Positions 40,838 through 51,259 of a DNA stretch of 64,000 bases are shown here, piece by piece. Position 1 is the first letter of the stretch. Each line of letters begins with the position of its first letter. Below the pieces are notes generated by a model. That model ran no database searches. It saw only the letters and a program-made list of their open reading frames with translations, and was not told where the DNA came from. Position numbers and translations under genes: made by a program. Origin of the DNA: Acidobacteriota bacterium (GTDB lineage Bacteria; Acidobacteriota; UBA890; WLXD01); assembly GCA_963666055.2 (NCBI GenBank), contig CAXWPH010000006.1, forward strand, positions 352,001 to 416,000, read 5' to 3'.

Positions 40838-42769
40838 TCAATGAGCATCGGGGACCGATGTAGGCTCCGCCGCAGCGCCCAAGGCGACCCAGTTGACGTA
40901 GCCGATCATCATCTCCTCGAACGTCTGCTCGCCCCAGACTACCTCTGCCGTCGGGTCGGGGTTGGCCGGATTGCCGGCGCTGTTGTCGTACCAGGCGGTG
41001 GCCCGAAGAATTGTGCCCGCAGCAATGGGGCGCGGTGACCGAAGAACGTAGTTGAGCTGCCAGTTGAAGTCGTACCGAGGAATCGACAGCAGCTCCTCGA
41101 CGTCACCGCCGGGCGAGACAAGCTCATAGCGGAAGGCGATACCGCGTACATGCGTGTGCGGCAGCAGCGAAAGCAGCATCGCCGGTTCGTCGAAGGTGTA
41201 GTCAGCGACCACCTGGTGGCGCCCCGCTCCGGGCGGAATCGCAAAGCGCATATTGAGCGCCGAGTCAGTACGCACCTCGGTGTGGCCGTGCTCCTCGGCG
41301 AAGTACAAGCCTATCCTGGTGCGGTCGACCACCTCGCGGCCATTCGGCGTGTAATGCAGCTGCACCTTGAGCCACGCGCCAGCCGGCAACAGCTTGCCGA
41401 ACCCCTGGGGAAACCGCACACCGTCCTGTCCGGGGACGTTGCTGGCGAAGTAGCCGCGCGCTCCACCCTGCTGCACGTTCTGTGCGTCGGGGTCGCCTTC
41501 AAGGGCGCGCTCACGCACCTCTGGATCCTCGACGAAGAGCAGCACATGGTGCACCACCTCGGGAGCACCGGGAAGGATCTCCACGGCCTGCACCCAGCGA
41601 TCCTCGGCGAAATTCGTCTTGATGTACTGGTACTGGTAGTCGATGACGCCTTCCGCCGGCACCGTGAACCCCTCGGGGACCGGCAGATCCGCGTCGGGCT
41701 CACCGAGGGTCCAGCCCTCGGTCCAGCGGATGGGAATCGGTGCGTCGGCAGCATCGCCCTCCGGCGTGCCATCGGCGAGCCACTGCTTGAACGTCGTCAT
41801 CTCCTCGGCACTGAGCGATGGGTCGTTGGCCCACTCCTCATGCCCCTCGGCGAACCAGGGCGGCATGAGGCCGTCCGCAAGCACCCATTCGATCATGCCC
41901 TTCCGACGTACGACGTCGCGGTACTCGACCAACGGAAAGGGACCAGCCGCGCCGGCGCGATGACAGCGCTGGCAACGCGCCTGCACGATACGGCTTACCC
42001 GGTTGTGCCAGGTGGGTGGCGGGGTCGAAGTCGCCGCCAGCGCCGCCTCATCGAACGACAGGTAGCATCCGGGCGCCAGCGTCGCGCGCACCGCCGGCAG
42101 CCTCGCCGCGGCCGTCGCTTCGAGCGCACCCCGCAGAAACTCCTGGTCGGCGGCAGGCTTCGTGTAACCGAGGCCATATTGATCGTCCACGGCTCCGCGG
42201 TACATCAGCGTGCGAGCCGCGTCGAGTACGAAGACCTCTGTCGAGGTAACCGCGCCCAGCGCGGCTGCGATGCGGCCCTTTGGATCGACGACATACTCGC
42301 CGACGAAGCCATACCACTCGATCTCTTGGTGACCCTCCTCGGGGGTGCCGTATGGCATCGGGTCGACGAAGAGAAATTCGAAGCCCGACTTGTCGAACTC
42401 CCGCTCCATGGTGGCAAGGCGGGGCCCGTACTTCTTCGAGAGCGGGCATCCCGGATCACGCATTGCGATGACCAGGCCTCGCGATCCGGTCAGCGCAGAG
42501 ATCCGCGTCGTTCGGCCCGTCAGAGTCTTCAGCTCGAGGTCGGGAATCAGCTCGCCAACGCGGGCGGCTTCATTGCCCAAGACGACGGGCGCGCCACGAT
42601 ACTGCAACGCGTGCCCCGAATCTTCCTGCGAGGCTTGGTGCTGCCGGGCAGCCTGCGGCGCAGGCGGCGAGACGGTCGCATCCACCCACGCTGCGGGAGC
42701 GAGAAACACCCCGCCGACCAGGAGCCCACAGGTCGCAGCAAACATCCAGTACCGGCTTGTCGGTTTCAT
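40838..42769 (-). CDS. Secreted redoxin + c-type heme + copper type II (PHM-like) monooxygenase fusion
   Basis: GCPLS and YRGAVDDQY (redoxin), CQRCH heme motif, VVHHVL, QLHY, PHTHVRG, EEMMIG. Confidence 0.85.
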   Translation of the reverse strand: MKPTSRYWMFAATCGLLVGGVFLAPAAWVDATVSPPAPQAARQHQASQEDSGHALQYRGAPVVLGNEAARVGELIPDLELKTLTGRTTRISALTGSRGLVIAMRDPGCPLSKKYGPRLATMEREFDKSGFEFLFVDPMPYGTPEEGHQEIEWYGFVGEYVVDPKGRIAAALGAVTSTEVFVLDAARTLMYRGAVDDQYGLGYTKPAADQEFLRGALEATAAARLPAVRATLAPGCYLSFDEAALAATSTPPPTWHNRVSRIVQARCQRCHRAGAAGPFPLVEYRDVVRRKGMIEWVLADGLMPPWFAEGHEEWANDPSLSAEEMTTFKQWLADGTPEGDAADAPIPIRWTEGWTLGEPDADLPVPEGFTVPAEGVIDYQYQYIKTNFAEDRWVQAVEILPGAPEVVHHVLLFVEDPEVRERALEGDPDAQNVQQGGARGYFASNVPGQDGVRFPQGFGKLLPAGAWLKVQLHYTPNGREVVDRTRIGLYFAEEHGHTEVRTDSALNMRFAIPPGAGRHQVVADYTFDEPAMLLSLLPHTHVRGIAFRYELVSPGGDVEELLSIPRYDFNWQLNYVLRSPRPIAAGTILRATAWYDNSAGNPANPDPTAEVVWGEQTFEEMMIGYVNWVALGAAAEPTSVPDAH

Positions 42770-42959
42770 TCGTTTCTGTCCAGTCGAGCGGCCGAACCTA
42801 CGCGGCGCGGAGAGCATCGACGAATAGTACGTTGCTGGACATCCCGGGGCCACATGCGCCTTCCGCGACGCTGCCGCAGCGCGTCATTGGGCTATCGGAC
42901 GAGAGACAGCGCCGGCGATTCAACTGCGCCAGGTAACCAGGCTCGCCCACGTCCTGCTA

Positions 42960-43787
42960 TCAGCGTGCTGCTGTAGCAGAGATGCGCACGCCGCCCACGG
43001 CTCCGGACGCGAACAGGTCAGCGACGACACGGTAGAACTCCTCGAGGCCGTCGACGATCTCCGATCCGTGGACGTCGACGTTGCGTTCTCGGGCGGCGTC
43101 GAACGATCGCGAGCGCTCCGAGGTGAACACCGCCCACGCTGCCGACATGTCCTGTACGACGATGTCGGTGAAGTGCGCCGCCTCCAGGTGAGCACGGTAC
43201 TCATCAGGCGACGGAAGGTAGGGGCACTGGACCTCCCGCCGCAAGTGACGCCACTGCTGGTCGCTGGGCTCCTGGAGCTTGATGAAGTCCTCGATCCAGA
43301 TGCTCCCGCCGGGCTTCAACAGCTGCCGGCAGACACCGAACAGGCGCCGGCGCTCGGGTATGTGCAGGAATACGAGGAGCGACAACAGCACGTCGAAGGC
43401 CCCGCCAAACAGATCGCCGTCGATATCGGGATCGAGCATGTCACCGGCACGATGCAGCACTCGATCGGAGAGGCCGCAGCGACGCGTCAGGTCCTTACCC
43501 AATCGATGAAGATCGGGCTGCAACTCGAGAGCCGTGACCTTGCATCCGGCCCGGTCAGCCACGTAGCGTGCCGGACCGCCGATGCCCGAGCCAACGTCGA
43601 GCACGCGGCTGTCAGACGTTAGCGCCAGATCCTCGATCGCAGCATCGAGCGCCTCGAGCCCGTGATAGTGGTATTGATCGTGTGCGACGAGATCGTTGAC
43701 CTCGAGTGGCTCCCCGTCACCGAGGCCGTCGGCCCGCAGTTCGTCGTAAATACGTTCTGCGTGATAGTAGAGCTTCATCTCCTTCAT
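42960..43787 (-). CDS. Class I SAM methyltransferase (sarcosine/dimethylglycine N-methyltransferase-like)
   Basis: DQYHYHG, VLDVGSGIGGPARY, FLHIP, LLKPGG. Confidence 0.88.
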   Translation of the reverse strand: MKEMKLYYHAERIYDELRADGLGDGEPLEVNDLVAHDQYHYHGLEALDAAIEDLALTSDSRVLDVGSGIGGPARYVADRAGCKVTALELQPDLHRLGKDLTRRCGLSDRVLHRAGDMLDPDIDGDLFGGAFDVLLSLLVFLHIPERRRLFGVCRQLLKPGGSIWIEDFIKLQEPSDQQWRHLRREVQCPYLPSPDEYRAHLEAAHFTDIVVQDMSAAWAVFTSERSRSFDAARERNVDVHGSEIVDGLEEFYRVVADLFASGAVGGVRISATAAR

Positions 43788-43804
43788 CGACGCACTCGCA
43801 CGCT

Positions 43805-45259
43805 TCAGTCCACCCGCTCGAAAACCAAGCCCCTGGCCCTTCTGCCATCCAGGGTAAACCCCGTCACCCGGCCAGCCGGGGAACGCTCGAAGGTAACCGT
43901 CAGACGCGGGGATGCGAACACCCCACCACCCGCGGCCTGTAGCTGCACTGGATCCCTGCCGGGGATCGTAAGCTCGAGCCCCTCGTCCGTCCGCACCACC
44001 TCGTAGGTGGCATTGACCTCGCCGCCATCGTATGAGCCGGTGTAGCCGGCGAGATCACGGTCCGTCAGCTGCACGGCTGCCACGGGTTCGGCCTGCGCCG
44101 CGCTGCTGCTCGTTGGCGATGCCAACGGCGCAAGCTCGGGAACGAGCGATCGTAGATAAATATCGGCTATCTCGAGGGCCAGGCGAACGGCGTTGGCGTT
44201 ACCACCGTTGACCGCCGTGAACACCGCCAGGCGCTGCTCGGGATAGCGGACGGTATGCGCGGTGAACGCGGCGAAACCGCCGGAGTGGTGTACACGGCGC
44301 AGACCCCGGTCGTCGTCGAACGTCAACCCGAACGCGTAATCCAGCTCCTCGCCGCTATTGAGCACCCCTCGCTGGCTCATCTGCTCCATGAGCTCGGGGT
44401 CGCCGTGCTCGAGGTGAACGAACCAGTGGAGCATGTCCTGCGCGGTAGTGAACACGCCGCCGGCGCCGACGAAGTCGCGCTGCGACATGTAGAGCCGCCA
44501 CCCATCGGTATCTAGATCGCGGACATATCCATAGGCGCGCTCCGGAACGACGGCACCGTGGTCGTCCTTGAACAGCGAGCTGCGCATGCCAAGCGGCTCG
44601 AAGATCTCGTTGCGTGCGAACTCCGCCATCGTCTTGCCGGTAACCCGCTCCACCAACACCGCAATCAGGAAGTAGCCCGAGTTGCTGTAGAGAAACTGAT
44701 CGCCGGGAGGAAAATTGAGCCCGCGCTGCCGAGCCAGCAGCTCGAACGTCGCGGCGGTGGTGGCGAGTTGATCCGATCGGTACCCGGCGAAGCCCGCAAG
44801 CTCGTTGTAATCGCGCGGCCCACTGGTATGGTGCACGAGGTGGCGCACCGTCACGACCCCCTCGGGGTAGAGCGGAATCTCCGGGAGGTGCTTCCGAATG
44901 TCGTCGTCCAGGCGCAGCTTTCCCCGTTGGGCCAGAATCGCGATAGCCATGGCGGCGAACTGCTTGGAGACCGAGCCCACCCGAAATACCGTCGACGGCG
45001 TGTTGGGGATTCTGTACTCCAGATTCGCGAGCCCGAAACCACGCGCGTAGACGAGCTCGCTGTCCAGGTACACGCCGAGCACACCCCCTGGTCCGTCGTC
45101 CAGATCGTACGGCGCCACTAGCTCGTCGACCGCGACAGATCGGCCGTCCGCGGTTCCGGATCGAACGGAAGGTGCCCCCGACCCGTCTCGACCCGCCGGA
45201 TCAGAGCCAGCGGCGGCAACCGCCAAGGCGAGGGCAACATGTTTCCACGTACGACTCAT
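43805..45259 (-). CDS. Secreted serine hydrolase, beta-lactamase class C/D-aminopeptidase family
   Basis: FRVGSVSK (SxxK), YSNSGY, HSGG. Confidence 0.92.
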   Translation of the reverse strand: MSRTWKHVALALAVAAAGSDPAGRDGSGAPSVRSGTADGRSVAVDELVAPYDLDDGPGGVLGVYLDSELVYARGFGLANLEYRIPNTPSTVFRVGSVSKQFAAMAIAILAQRGKLRLDDDIRKHLPEIPLYPEGVVTVRHLVHHTSGPRDYNELAGFAGYRSDQLATTAATFELLARQRGLNFPPGDQFLYSNSGYFLIAVLVERVTGKTMAEFARNEIFEPLGMRSSLFKDDHGAVVPERAYGYVRDLDTDGWRLYMSQRDFVGAGGVFTTAQDMLHWFVHLEHGDPELMEQMSQRGVLNSGEELDYAFGLTFDDDRGLRRVHHSGGFAAFTAHTVRYPEQRLAVFTAVNGGNANAVRLALEIADIYLRSLVPELAPLASPTSSSAAQAEPVAAVQLTDRDLAGYTGSYDGGEVNATYEVVRTDEGLELTIPGRDPVQLQAAGGGVFASPRLTVTFERSPAGRVTGFTLDGRRARGLVFERVD

Positions 45260-45399
45260 CCCTCCCCTCCCTGCTGAGCTGCGTCCGCGGCCGGAGCCTG
45301 GCTTCGGCCGTCAGAGCGTACACTGGCGCACAACGTTGAACCGATCGGTGCTCGGCACCTGCGTGATCACCACACCGCGATGTGCCGACGAAGAATCCG

Positions 45400-45602
45400 C
45401 CGATCCGGCGGCTTCGAGTTCCATGCAAATGGAGTCGTTCGCCCACAGCATCGCCGCCGACCAGGAGCCCGAGGTTTCGGCCGAGGACGGGATCAAAGCG
45501 CTACGCGCGCTGCTCGCCGTCTACCAAAGCCACGAACGAGGCACCGCGATCAAGATCGGAAATTCTCAGGAAACAAGCGCGGGCGACGGACCCGAGCCGT
45601 AG
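45400..45602 (+). pseudogene. C-terminal remnant of a Gfo/Idh/MocA oxidoreductase
   Basis: QMESFAHSIAADQEPEVSAEDGIKALRALLAVYQSHERGTAIKI matches the family C-terminus. No Rossmann domain upstream. Confidence 0.65.
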
Positions 45603-45617
45603 CTCTCCAGTTGTCCC

Positions 45618-47690
45618 TCACGCCATATCCGCGAAGCCCTTGCGGTCAGCAACGAGCTGCTCGAGCAGCTGCGAGGGTCGCCAGAAGTCGTCCTCGTCTT
45701 GCTGCTCGAACTGCTTCAAGGCCTCCAGTACGGTCGGCAACCCGATGGTGTCGGCGTAGAACATGGGCCCTCCCCGATACACCGGCCATCCGTAACCACA
45801 CACCCAGACCACGTCGATGTCGCTGGGCCGGCTGCTGATACCCTCGGCGAGGATCTTGGCGCCCTCGTTGATCATCGGATAGAGGCTGCGCTGCAGGATC
45901 TCCTCGTCGCTGAAGTCGCGGCGTGTCTTCCCCATCGTCTCCGAGATCTCCAGGATGAGCTTCTCGACGTCGGGCTCAGCACTGCTGGCACGGGTCTCCG
46001 GATCGTAGTTGTAGTAGCCGGCGCCGGTCTTCTGACCGCGCCGACCCATCTCGCACAGTCGGTCGCGCACCGTCTGACCTCCGGCGGGCGTGCCATCCCA
46101 ACGAAGATCGAGACCGGCGAGATCGGCCATCGCAAACGGCCCCATCGGCATGCCGAACTCGAAGTTGACGCGGTCGACGTCCTCGGGCAAGGGGCCCTCG
46201 AGGATCATGCGGTCCACCTGGGCGCTGCGCTGAAACAGCATACGGTTGCCGATGAAGCCGGGACACACGCCCGAGACAACCGCAACTTTGCCGATCTGCT
46301 TGGCCAGGGCCATCACCGACGCCACGACCTCCTTGGAAGTGCGTTCGGCGCGCACCACCTCGAGCAACCGCATGATGTTGGCAGGGCTGAAGAAGTGGGT
46401 ACCCAACACCATCTCAGGACGCTGCGTCACCGCGGCGATCTCGTTGACGTCCAGTGCTGAAGTATTGGTTGCCAGTATCGCGCCGGCCTTGGCGATGCCG
46501 TCGAGCTTCGTGAAGACCTCTTTCTTGAGCTCCATGTTCTCGAAGACAGCTTCGATAATAAGGTCGCAGTCGGCGAGCCCCTCGAGCGACAAAGTGGGCG
46601 TAAGCAGGTCCATCCGCTCATCCACCTGCGCCGGGGTGATCCGCCCGCGCTTGGCGGTGCGATCGTAGTTCTTCCTCACTACCCCGAGGCCGCGGTCGAG
46701 CGCATCCTGCCCGGTCTCGACGATGGTGACGGGAATCCCCCGGTTGAGGAAGTTCATCGCGATACCGCCACCCATCGTTCCCGCGCCTACGATTCCAACC
46801 TTGTTGATGGGGATTTTCGGCGTGTCCTTGGGAACATCGGGGATCTTGCCCGCCTGGCGCTCGGCGAAGAAGTAGTGGCGCTGGGCAGCCGACTGCTCGC
46901 TGTTGAGCAGCGTGTCGAATCTCTCGCGCTCGGCTCGTATGCCCTCGTCGAACGGCTCGGATATGGCGTCTTCGACGCATTGGATGATCGCCTCGGGCGC
47001 TTCGAACCCGCGTGTCCTGCGCGCAATGGATCGGCGGAACCGTTCAAACAGCTCCGGGTCCTTCCTCGCTTCCTCGATCTTGTCTTCAAGGTCGCGCACC
47101 TTCAGCAGCGGCCGACCTTCCTCGACTACTTGCTTGGCGAAAGCCAGCCCGCCTTCGAACACGTCATCGACGATCTCGTCGATGAGACCGTTCTGAAGAG
47201 CGAAATCAGCGCCCACCATCCGGCCCGACACCATCATCTCGAGAGCCTTCTCGACGCCAACGACTCTCGGCAACCGTTGCGTCCCGCCCGCCCCCGGCAA
47301 GATCCCCAACTTCACTTCCGGCAGACCGAAACGGGCCGTCGCGATAGCCACGCGGTAGTGGCAACAAAGCGCCGTCTCCAGCCCGCCGCCGAGTGCAGTG
47401 CCGTGGATGGACGAAACGACGGGCTTGGATGCGCCCTCGATCACGGCGTGCATTTGGGACAGCGGCACGCCTTCCGTTGGCCGACCGAACTCCTTGATAT
47501 CGGCCCCAGCGAAGTACGTGCGACCCTCGCACAGGATCAAGATCGCGTCAGCGGCCTGGTCGGCGTCGGCTCTCAGAACTGCCTCGTGCAGCCCATCCCG
47601 TACTCCCCGGCTCAGGGCGTTCACCGGAGGATTGTCGACGCGGATCACCGCGATGCCATGGTCAACGTCCATTCGCACCATATCGGTCAT
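45618..47690 (-). CDS. Bifunctional enoyl-CoA hydratase/3-hydroxyacyl-CoA dehydrogenase
   Basis: NPPVNAL, AGADI, ALGGGLE, PEVKLG, GAGTMG, EAVFE, NTS, HFFSPAN. Confidence 0.95.
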   Translation of the reverse strand: MTDMVRMDVDHGIAVIRVDNPPVNALSRGVRDGLHEAVLRADADQAADAILILCEGRTYFAGADIKEFGRPTEGVPLSQMHAVIEGASKPVVSSIHGTALGGGLETALCCHYRVAIATARFGLPEVKLGILPGAGGTQRLPRVVGVEKALEMMVSGRMVGADFALQNGLIDEIVDDVFEGGLAFAKQVVEEGRPLLKVRDLEDKIEEARKDPELFERFRRSIARRTRGFEAPEAIIQCVEDAISEPFDEGIRAERERFDTLLNSEQSAAQRHYFFAERQAGKIPDVPKDTPKIPINKVGIVGAGTMGGGIAMNFLNRGIPVTIVETGQDALDRGLGVVRKNYDRTAKRGRITPAQVDERMDLLTPTLSLEGLADCDLIIEAVFENMELKKEVFTKLDGIAKAGAILATNTSALDVNEIAAVTQRPEMVLGTHFFSPANIMRLLEVVRAERTSKEVVASVMALAKQIGKVAVVSGVCPGFIGNRMLFQRSAQVDRMILEGPLPEDVDRVNFEFGMPMGPFAMADLAGLDLRWDGTPAGGQTVRDRLCEMGRRGQKTGAGYYNYDPETRASSAEPDVEKLILEISETMGKTRRDFSDEEILQRSLYPMINEGAKILAEGISSRPSDIDVVWVCGYGWPVYRGGPMFYADTIGLPTVLEALKQFEQQDEDDFWRPSQLLEQLVADRKGFADMA

Positions 47691-47806
47691 CTTCGCGATG
47701 GCTCCCACGTTAGATTCGTGCTAGACCCCTTACGCTCGAGAGAGCTTACACAGACAGGATGATCGGCGCCGGAGCGAAGCTGACCACCCGACCGAAGGAG
47801 TGCGTG

Positions 47807-48997
47807 ATGCGTGAAGCAGTTGTCGTGGCGAGCTCGCGGACGCCGCTCGCCAAGTCGTTTCGTGGCTCACTGAACATGACGCGGCCCGACGACTATCTGG
47901 CGCACTGCATCAAGGACGTGATCGCCAAGGCACCCGAGCTCGACGCCGCGGAGGTGGAAGACGTCATCGCCGGCTGTGCGCGTCCGGAGGGTTCGCAGGG
48001 TTCGAACGTCGCCCGCGTGGCGGCGATCAGGGCAGGGCTGCCCGTCCAGGTAGCTGCCACCACCGTGAATCGATTCTGTAGCTCTGGCCTGCAGGCGGTG
48101 GCCATGGCAGCACATCAGATCATCCAGGAGGGCGCCGCAGCGGCGATTGGCGGCAGCGTCGAGAGCATCACCCAAACCTTCTCGGCCAAGGTCGACCCGA
48201 ACCCGTGGGTGCAGGAGCACAAGCCAGGCATCTACCTGGTCATGGGCGACACCGCCGAGGTGGTAGCGAAGCGCTACCAGATCAGCCGCGAGGTTCAGGA
48301 CGAGTACGCGCTCTCGAGCCAACTGCGCACCGCGGCGGCACAGCAAGAGGGCCGGCTGGACGAGGAGCTGGCACCGATGCAGGTGACTCGTGCCATCATC
48401 GACAAGAAGACCGGCGACGCTGTGGGCGAGGAAGAGCACTCCCTCGAGGTCGACGAATGCAATCGTCCGGATACCACGCTCGAGGGCCTCGCATCCCTGA
48501 AGCCATACTTCGACCGCGACAGTGGCCACGGCACCGTTACCCCGGGTAACTCGTCGCAGCTATCCGACGGCGCGGCGGCAACATTGCTGATGTCACGCGA
48601 GCGCGCCGAGGCTCTGGGCATCACGCCGAAGCTGCTGTTCCGCGGCTTCGCCGTGGCCGGATGCGAGCCCGATGAGATGGGCATCGGACCGGTGTTCGCG
48701 GTGCCGAAGTTGCTGCAGCGTCACGACCTCTCGGTCGATGACATCGATCTCTGGGAGCTCAATGAGGCCTTCGCCGTGCAGGTGGTCTATTGCCGCGACC
48801 GGCCCGGCATCGATCCCGACAAGCTCAACGTCAACGGCGGCGCGATCTCCATAGGCCATCCGTTCGGCATGACCGGCTCGCGCATGGTCGGCACGCTCGC
48901 CAACGAGATGGTCCGCCGCGGCGCCCGCTACGGCGTAGTGACAATGTGCATAGGCGGTGGGCAGGGTGCCGCCGGGCTCTTCGAGCGCTGCCAATAA
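47807..48997 (+). CDS. Acetyl-CoA C-acyltransferase (thiolase)
   Basis: [28 protein letters not shown]. Confidence 0.95.
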   Translation: MREAVVVASSRTPLAKSFRGSLNMTRPDDYLAHCIKDVIAKAPELDAAEVEDVIAGCARPEGSQGSNVARVAAIRAGLPVQVAATTVNRFCSSGLQAVAMAAHQIIQEGAAAAIGGSVESITQTFSAKVDPNPWVQEHKPGIYLVMGDTAEVVAKRYQISREVQDEYALSSQLRTAAAQQEGRLDEELAPMQVTRAIIDKKTGDAVGEEEHSLEVDECNRPDTTLEGLASLKPYFDRDSGHGTVTPGNSSQLSDGAAATLLMSRERAEALGITPKLLFRGFAVAGCEPDEMGIGPVFAVPKLLQRHDLSVDDIDLWELNEAFAVQVVYCRDRPGIDPDKLNVNGGAISIGHPFGMTGSRMVGTLANEMVRRGARYGVVTMCIGGGQGAAGLFERCQ

Positions 48998-49017
48998 CCG
49001 GCGACAGGAGCGTCAGC

Positions 49018-50220
49018 ATGCTCTTCGAGATCTCTGACAAGGGAAGGCGCCACTACGAGCGGGTGCTCGAGTTCGTAGAGACCAACATCGTCCCCAACGA
49101 AGAGCTGTACGAGCAGCAGGTAGCCGAGGGGGATCGATGGGCGCCCGTTCCGATCATGGAGGAGCTCAAGCAGAAGGCCAAGGATGCCAGCCTGTGGAAC
49201 CTGTTTCTGCCGGAAAGCGAGCTCGGCGCGGGCCTCACGAATCTCGAGTACGCCCCGATCGCCGAGCTCACTGGCAAGTACCGCATCGCCGGTGAAGCAA
49301 TGAACTGCTCCGCGCCCGACACTGGCAACATGGAGGTGTTGGTGCGGTACGCCAGCGACCAGCTGAAGGAGCGTTGGCTGACGCCGCTGTTGAACGGCGA
49401 GATCCGCTCGGCGTTCTGCATGACCGAGCCCGACGTCGCCTCGTCGGATGCAACCAACATCCAATCACGCATCGAGCGCGACGGCGACGAATACGTGATC
49501 AACGGTCGCAAGTGGTGGACGTCCGGCGCCGGCGACCCCCGCTGCAAGGTCTTCATCTTCATGGGCAAGACGGATCCCGAGGCGTCGCCGTACGAGCAGC
49601 AATCGATGATCGTCGTTCCGCGCGACACGCCGGGCGTGGAGATCCTCCGAACGCTCAACGTATTCGGCTATGATCACGCGCCGCACGGGCATGCCGAGAT
49701 CGAGTTCACCGACGTGCGGGTTCCCGCCTCCAACTTGCTACTGGGGGAGGGTCGTGGCTTCGAGATCGCCCAAGGCCGTCTGGGCCCAGGGCGGATCCAC
49801 CACTGCATGCGCTGCGTCGGCGTAGCGGAACGCGCCCTCGAGCTCATGTGCCGACGCGTGCGCGAGCGCGTCGCCTTCGGACGGCGGCTGGCAGACATGG
49901 GCGCGATTCGACAGGACATCGCCAGATCACGGATTGAGATAGACGCAGCACGGCTGCTGGTGCTGAACGCCGCACATCTGATGGATACGGTCGGCAACAA
50001 GGCGGCCCGGAAGGAGATCGCCGCGATCAAGGTATTGGCGCCACAGATGTCGCTCGACGTGATCGATCGCGCCATTCAGGCCCACGGTGGCATGGGTGTC
50101 TGCCAGGACACCTTCCTCGCCTTTGCCTGGGCGGAACAGCGCACGCTTCGCCTGGCCGACGGGCCCGACGAGGTCCACCGGGCTCAGATCGCCAAGCTCG
50201 AGCTCAAGAAGTACGAATGA
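49018..50220 (+). CDS. Acyl-CoA dehydrogenase (ACAD10/11-like)
   Basis: [51 protein letters not shown]. Confidence 0.95.
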   Translation: MLFEISDKGRRHYERVLEFVETNIVPNEELYEQQVAEGDRWAPVPIMEELKQKAKDASLWNLFLPESELGAGLTNLEYAPIAELTGKYRIAGEAMNCSAPDTGNMEVLVRYASDQLKERWLTPLLNGEIRSAFCMTEPDVASSDATNIQSRIERDGDEYVINGRKWWTSGAGDPRCKVFIFMGKTDPEASPYEQQSMIVVPRDTPGVEILRTLNVFGYDHAPHGHAEIEFTDVRVPASNLLLGEGRGFEIAQGRLGPGRIHHCMRCVGVAERALELMCRRVRERVAFGRRLADMGAIRQDIARSRIEIDAARLLVLNAAHLMDTVGNKAARKEIAAIKVLAPQMSLDVIDRAIQAHGGMGVCQDTFLAFAWAEQRTLRLADGPDEVHRAQIAKLELKKYE

Positions 50221-51245
50221 GCGGCCCGCAAGGCCTGATCGAGATTCGAGACAACCACCGCTTCGACGAACAGGCGCTGCACGAGTACCTACGCCAGCAA
50301 CTGCACGGCTACTCTGGCCGGGCACAGATTCAGCAGTTCTCGGGCGGGCAGTCCAACCCCACCTTCTTGCTGACCGAGGCGGAGCGGTCCTGGGTGCTGC
50401 GCAAGAAACCGCCCGGCAAGCTGCTACCCAGCGCGCATCAGGTCGAGCGTGAGCACCGCATATACGAGGCGCTGGCGAACAGCGACGTCCCAGTGCCCGC
50501 CGTGCACCTGCTGTGCGACGACGCATCGATCATCGGCACGCCGTTCTACGTGATGGAGTACGTGCAAGGGCGGATCTTCTCCGATCCCAACCTGCCCGAC
50601 GCGAGCGCATCCGATCGCCGCTCGATCTACGCCGAGATGATGCGCGTGCTCGCCGCGCTACACACCGTCGACTATGAGTCCAACGGACTGCTCGACTTCG
50701 GCAAGCCGGGCAACTACTTCGTGCGCCAGATCGGTCGTTGGACCAAGCAATACCTGGCGGCGCAGACCGACTCCATCCCGTCGATGGACCGGCTCATGGA
50801 GTGGCTGCCCGAGAACGCCCCTCACGACGACACCACGACGATCGTTCACGGCGACTACCAGCTCTACAACATCGTGTTCCACCCGACCGAGCCGAGAGCC
50901 CTGGCAGTGCTCGACTGGGAGCTATCGACGCTTGGCCACCCGCTGGCCGACCTGGCCTACAACTGCATGAAGTACCACGGCGAGGCACCTGGCGGCTCGG
51001 TCGGCGGAAACCCCGATGTGCCTGGTGAGCGCGAGGTCGTGGCGAGGTACTGCGAGCTCGTGGGGCGGAGCAGAATCGACAACTGGAACTTCTGCCTGGC
51101 GTTCTCGTTTTTCCGGCTGGCGAGCATTCTCCAGGGCGTCTACAAGCGCGGCCTGCAGGGAAACGCGGCGTCTTCCCGAGCGCTACAGATGAAGGACATG
51201 GTCGCGACGACCTCGGCGGCGGGCTGGCAGCTGGCTTCTGCCTGA
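50217..51245 (+). CDS. APH-family phosphotransferase (ACAD10/11 N-terminal-like)
   Basis: [42 protein letters not shown] overlap. Confidence 0.93.
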   Translation: MSGPQGLIEIRDNHRFDEQALHEYLRQQLHGYSGRAQIQQFSGGQSNPTFLLTEAERSWVLRKKPPGKLLPSAHQVEREHRIYEALANSDVPVPAVHLLCDDASIIGTPFYVMEYVQGRIFSDPNLPDASASDRRSIYAEMMRVLAALHTVDYESNGLLDFGKPGNYFVRQIGRWTKQYLAAQTDSIPSMDRLMEWLPENAPHDDTTTIVHGDYQLYNIVFHPTEPRALAVLDWELSTLGHPLADLAYNCMKYHGEAPGGSVGGNPDVPGEREVVARYCELVGRSRIDNWNFCLAFSFFRLASILQGVYKRGLQGNAASSRALQMKDMVATTSAAGWQLASA

Positions 51246-51259
51246 TGGAACCAGCGCCC

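Noticed and set aside
41150-42976. Long antisense ORFs (also 5517-6743, 7039-8547, 17744-18994, 35657-37051 and others)
   Set aside because: Shadow frames expected in high-GC DNA opposite well-supported genes, with no recognisable motifs.
45618-51245. Beta-oxidation cluster as a novel system
   Set aside because: A common arrangement of hydratase/dehydrogenase, thiolase, acyl-CoA dehydrogenase and APH-like kinase.
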